DNA of 64,000 bases from an uncultured Lachnospiraceae bacterium (GTDB lineage: Bacteria > Bacillota > Clostridia > Lachnospirales > Lachnospiraceae): the NCBI GenBank assembly GCA_946632055.1, contig CAMPAR010000002.1, positions 10,131-74,130 of the forward strand, read 5' to 3'. The position numbers and the translations under genes were made by a program. Below, in pieces: positions 63,402 through 64,000 of this stretch. Under the pieces are notes generated by a model. The model did no database searches, had not been told where the DNA came from, and worked only from the letters and a program-made list of their open reading frames with translations. The number at the start of each line of letters is the position of its first letter. Position 1 is the stretch's first letter.

Positions 63402-64000
63402 ATGTTAGTAAACACCAAAGCAAGAGTCGGCGTATTTTCCATCTGCCACGGACCGTATCTTCCGCAGTTCCCGCAGCTCGTTCCGGAATTTGAGTCTCAG
63501 TTTGAGGCCTTCAAGAAGACGATTCCGGATACGGTCGAGATTATTGACGGCGGCATGATTTACAATAAGGAGCTCGCGGAAGAAGCCGGCGAGAAGTTCC
63601 GCAAGGCCGACGTGGACCTTGTGATTATGCAGCTTCTGACCTACGCGACTTCCTACAACATGCTTCCTGCCGTGCGTGATCTGGATGTTCCGGTGGTCCT
63701 CGTGAATGTGCAGAAGCTGAAAGCGCTCGATTATGATCATACCGACATCCCGACCTGGCTCGGCGAAGGCTATGCCTGCGGCGCGGTCGGTGAAATGGTG
63801 GCGGATCTGGAGCGCCACGGGAAGCGCCACGCGGTGATTACAGGCGTTGTCGAAGGCGGCGATCCGCACGTACAGAAGGAAATCGACGAGTGGTGCCGCG
63901 CGGCTCAGGTGCGCCGCCGCTTCCGCGATACGAACATCGCTCAGATCGGCCGTCCGTATCCCGGCATGATGGACCTCTACATTGATGAATCGAACCTCTA
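63402..64000 (+). CDS. L-arabinose/L-fucose isomerase-family protein, 5' part (runs off the window)
   Basis: My own translation from ATG 63402 (AAGGAGAAG upstream) is MLVNTKARVGVFSICHGPYL..DLVIMQLLTYATS..VVLVNVQK..GACGAVGEM, open to the window end. It resembles the AraA-like N-terminal domain. Confidence 0.6.
   Translation, partial: MLVNTKARVGVFSICHGPYLPQFPQLVPEFESQFEAFKKTIPDTVEIIDGGMIYNKELAEEAGEKFRKADVDLVIMQLLTYATSYNMLPAVRDLDVPVVLVNVQKLKALDYDHTDIPTWLGEGYACGAVGEMVADLERHGKRHAVITGVVEGGDPHVQKEIDEWCRAAQVRRRFRDTNIAQIGRPYPGMMDLYIDESNL

Overview
GC-rich Gram-positive chromosomal segment. GGAGG-type ribosome-binding sites, a T-box leader and a Cheo-type LexA box point to Firmicutes, probably Clostridia. 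About 55 genes are supported. Housekeeping genes: tyrS behind a Tyr-specific T-box, pyk, ppa, sufC/sufBD, pfkB and a flotillin. These alternate with carbohydrate-utilisation loci: a LacI regulator, an LplABC-type ABC importer, GH5, an AGE-family epimerase, GH43, GH1, two large GH-like proteins, an esterase and an AraC regulator. Three paralogous Gfo/Idh/MocA oxidoreductases are scattered among them. Cell-envelope genes include an amidase next to a CE4 deacetylase, and an MBOAT/DHHW/SGNH O-acetylation cluster. No rRNA, tRNA, CRISPR array or recognisable defence system was seen. Main observations: (1) An IS200/IS605-like HUH tyrosine transposase of the REP-associated (RAYT) type sits in a low-GC cassette. 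The cassette is bounded by inverted copies of a palindromic repeat that recurs twice elsewhere, with compensatory stem changes. One of those copies lies at the breakpoint of a truncated ABC ATPase gene. (2) A second, unrelated repeat family has three copies. Each has a 13-bp stem showing three fully compensated covariations around a nearly invariant 27-nt loop, a CCGAGCCG head and a 19-20-bp tandem tail that abuts the stop codon of a minus-strand gene. I cannot assign it to any known RNA or mobile-element class. (3) A self-contained minus-strand operon reads hypB-hypB-(977-aa multi-cluster Fe-S flavoprotein)-hypA, with no hydrogenase, CODH or urease gene in the window. (4) An identical 26-nt element carrying an 11-bp-phased TTGGACA direct repeat lies upstream of a secreted histidine acid phosphatase and of a 733-aa repeat/coiled-coil protein of unknown function. 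(5) A membrane-tethered XRE regulator is coupled to a YhfC-type intramembrane protease. (6) An ABC-F ATPase with a long leader is coupled to a GNAT. (7) A consensus LexA box overlaps the promoter of an SRAP (YedK-like) gene. The many long antisense ORFs in the track are GC-driven shadow ORFs and were rejected.
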